A stretch of 64,000 nucleotides of DNA from assembly GCA_951406725.2 (NCBI GenBank), contig OX597818.1, positions 146,072,001 to 146,136,000 of the forward strand, read 5' to 3'. The notes below the pieces were generated by a model that was not told the origin of the DNA, did not search any database, and saw only the letters and a list, made by a program, of their open reading frames with translations. This stretch comes from Octopus vulgaris (taxonomy: Eukaryota). The translations under genes were made by a program, and so were the position numbers. This document shows positions 63,561 through 64,000 of this stretch, piece by piece (position 1 is the stretch's first letter; every line of letters begins with the position of its first letter).

Positions 63561-63957
63561 ACATGGCGATCTGATTTCGGCCAGAGGTCAAAGATCAAAC
63601 ATGAGACGCGAGAGCGAAATAAGGGGAGATAATAGGGTTGATAAAAGGGTTGAGGGACCAGCTAAAAGTGCGTGGGAGGGGTCTGGATGTGTGTATGTAT
63701 AGGGTTGGTGTATGTATTAGTATGTATAAGGGTGTGTGTGTGTGTGTGTGTGTATGAGAGAGTATTAGTGCGTAAGATTGGTCTGGACGTGCGTATGTAT
63801 GGGGTTGGTGTATGTATTAGTATGTATTAGTATGTATTAGTACGTATTGGTAGGTATAGGTGTGTGTGTGTGTGTGTGTGAGAGTATAAGTATGCATACG
63901 AATCATACAATATACATACATTCATCTGTTTATCTTTCTCTCTCTCTGTGAGTATGC

Positions 63958-63960
<3 letters not shown>

Positions 63961-64000
<40 letters not shown>
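63961..64000 (+). repeat. (GA)n microsatellite running to the window end
   Basis: Pure array. Confidence 0.97.

Overview
This is repeat-saturated animal DNA, most likely octopus. That call is an inference from the tRNA-headed SINE families and the extreme (TA)n/(CA)n/(TACA)n/(GATA)n microsatellite load. I can support no intact host protein-coding gene; nearly all listed ORFs are microsatellite read-throughs or decayed transposon frames. Contents: Penelope-like elements (PLEs) and their pseudo-LTR fragments, RTE, Tx1/L1, R4/Dong and HERO-type non-LTR retrotransposons, a non-autonomous LTR element (tRNA-Trp PBS, 4-bp TSD), a full-length decayed piggyBac (TTAA TSD), hAT/mariner/Tc1/Helitron remnants, a palindromic MITE and three SINE families. 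Main hidden signals, all read by eye: (1) about 13 hammerhead-ribozyme (HHR) motifs of about 8 different sequence types, most in small cassettes nested in (TA)n/(CA)n arrays, including atypical cores (G3-C8 swap, A6U); (2) a TSD-bounded HERO element with an antisense canonical hammerhead in its 5' region, a ~48-bp hairpin repeat near both ends and a CCAAT/E-box/TATA/Inr promoter in its 3' region; (3) a twin-priming-type 5' inversion in an R4/Dong element; (4) an LTR element with mosaic LTRs and a covarying hairpin; (5) a two-piece templated insertion copied from 3-3.6 kb away. No alignment, folding or database search was run; coordinates of decayed elements are approximate.
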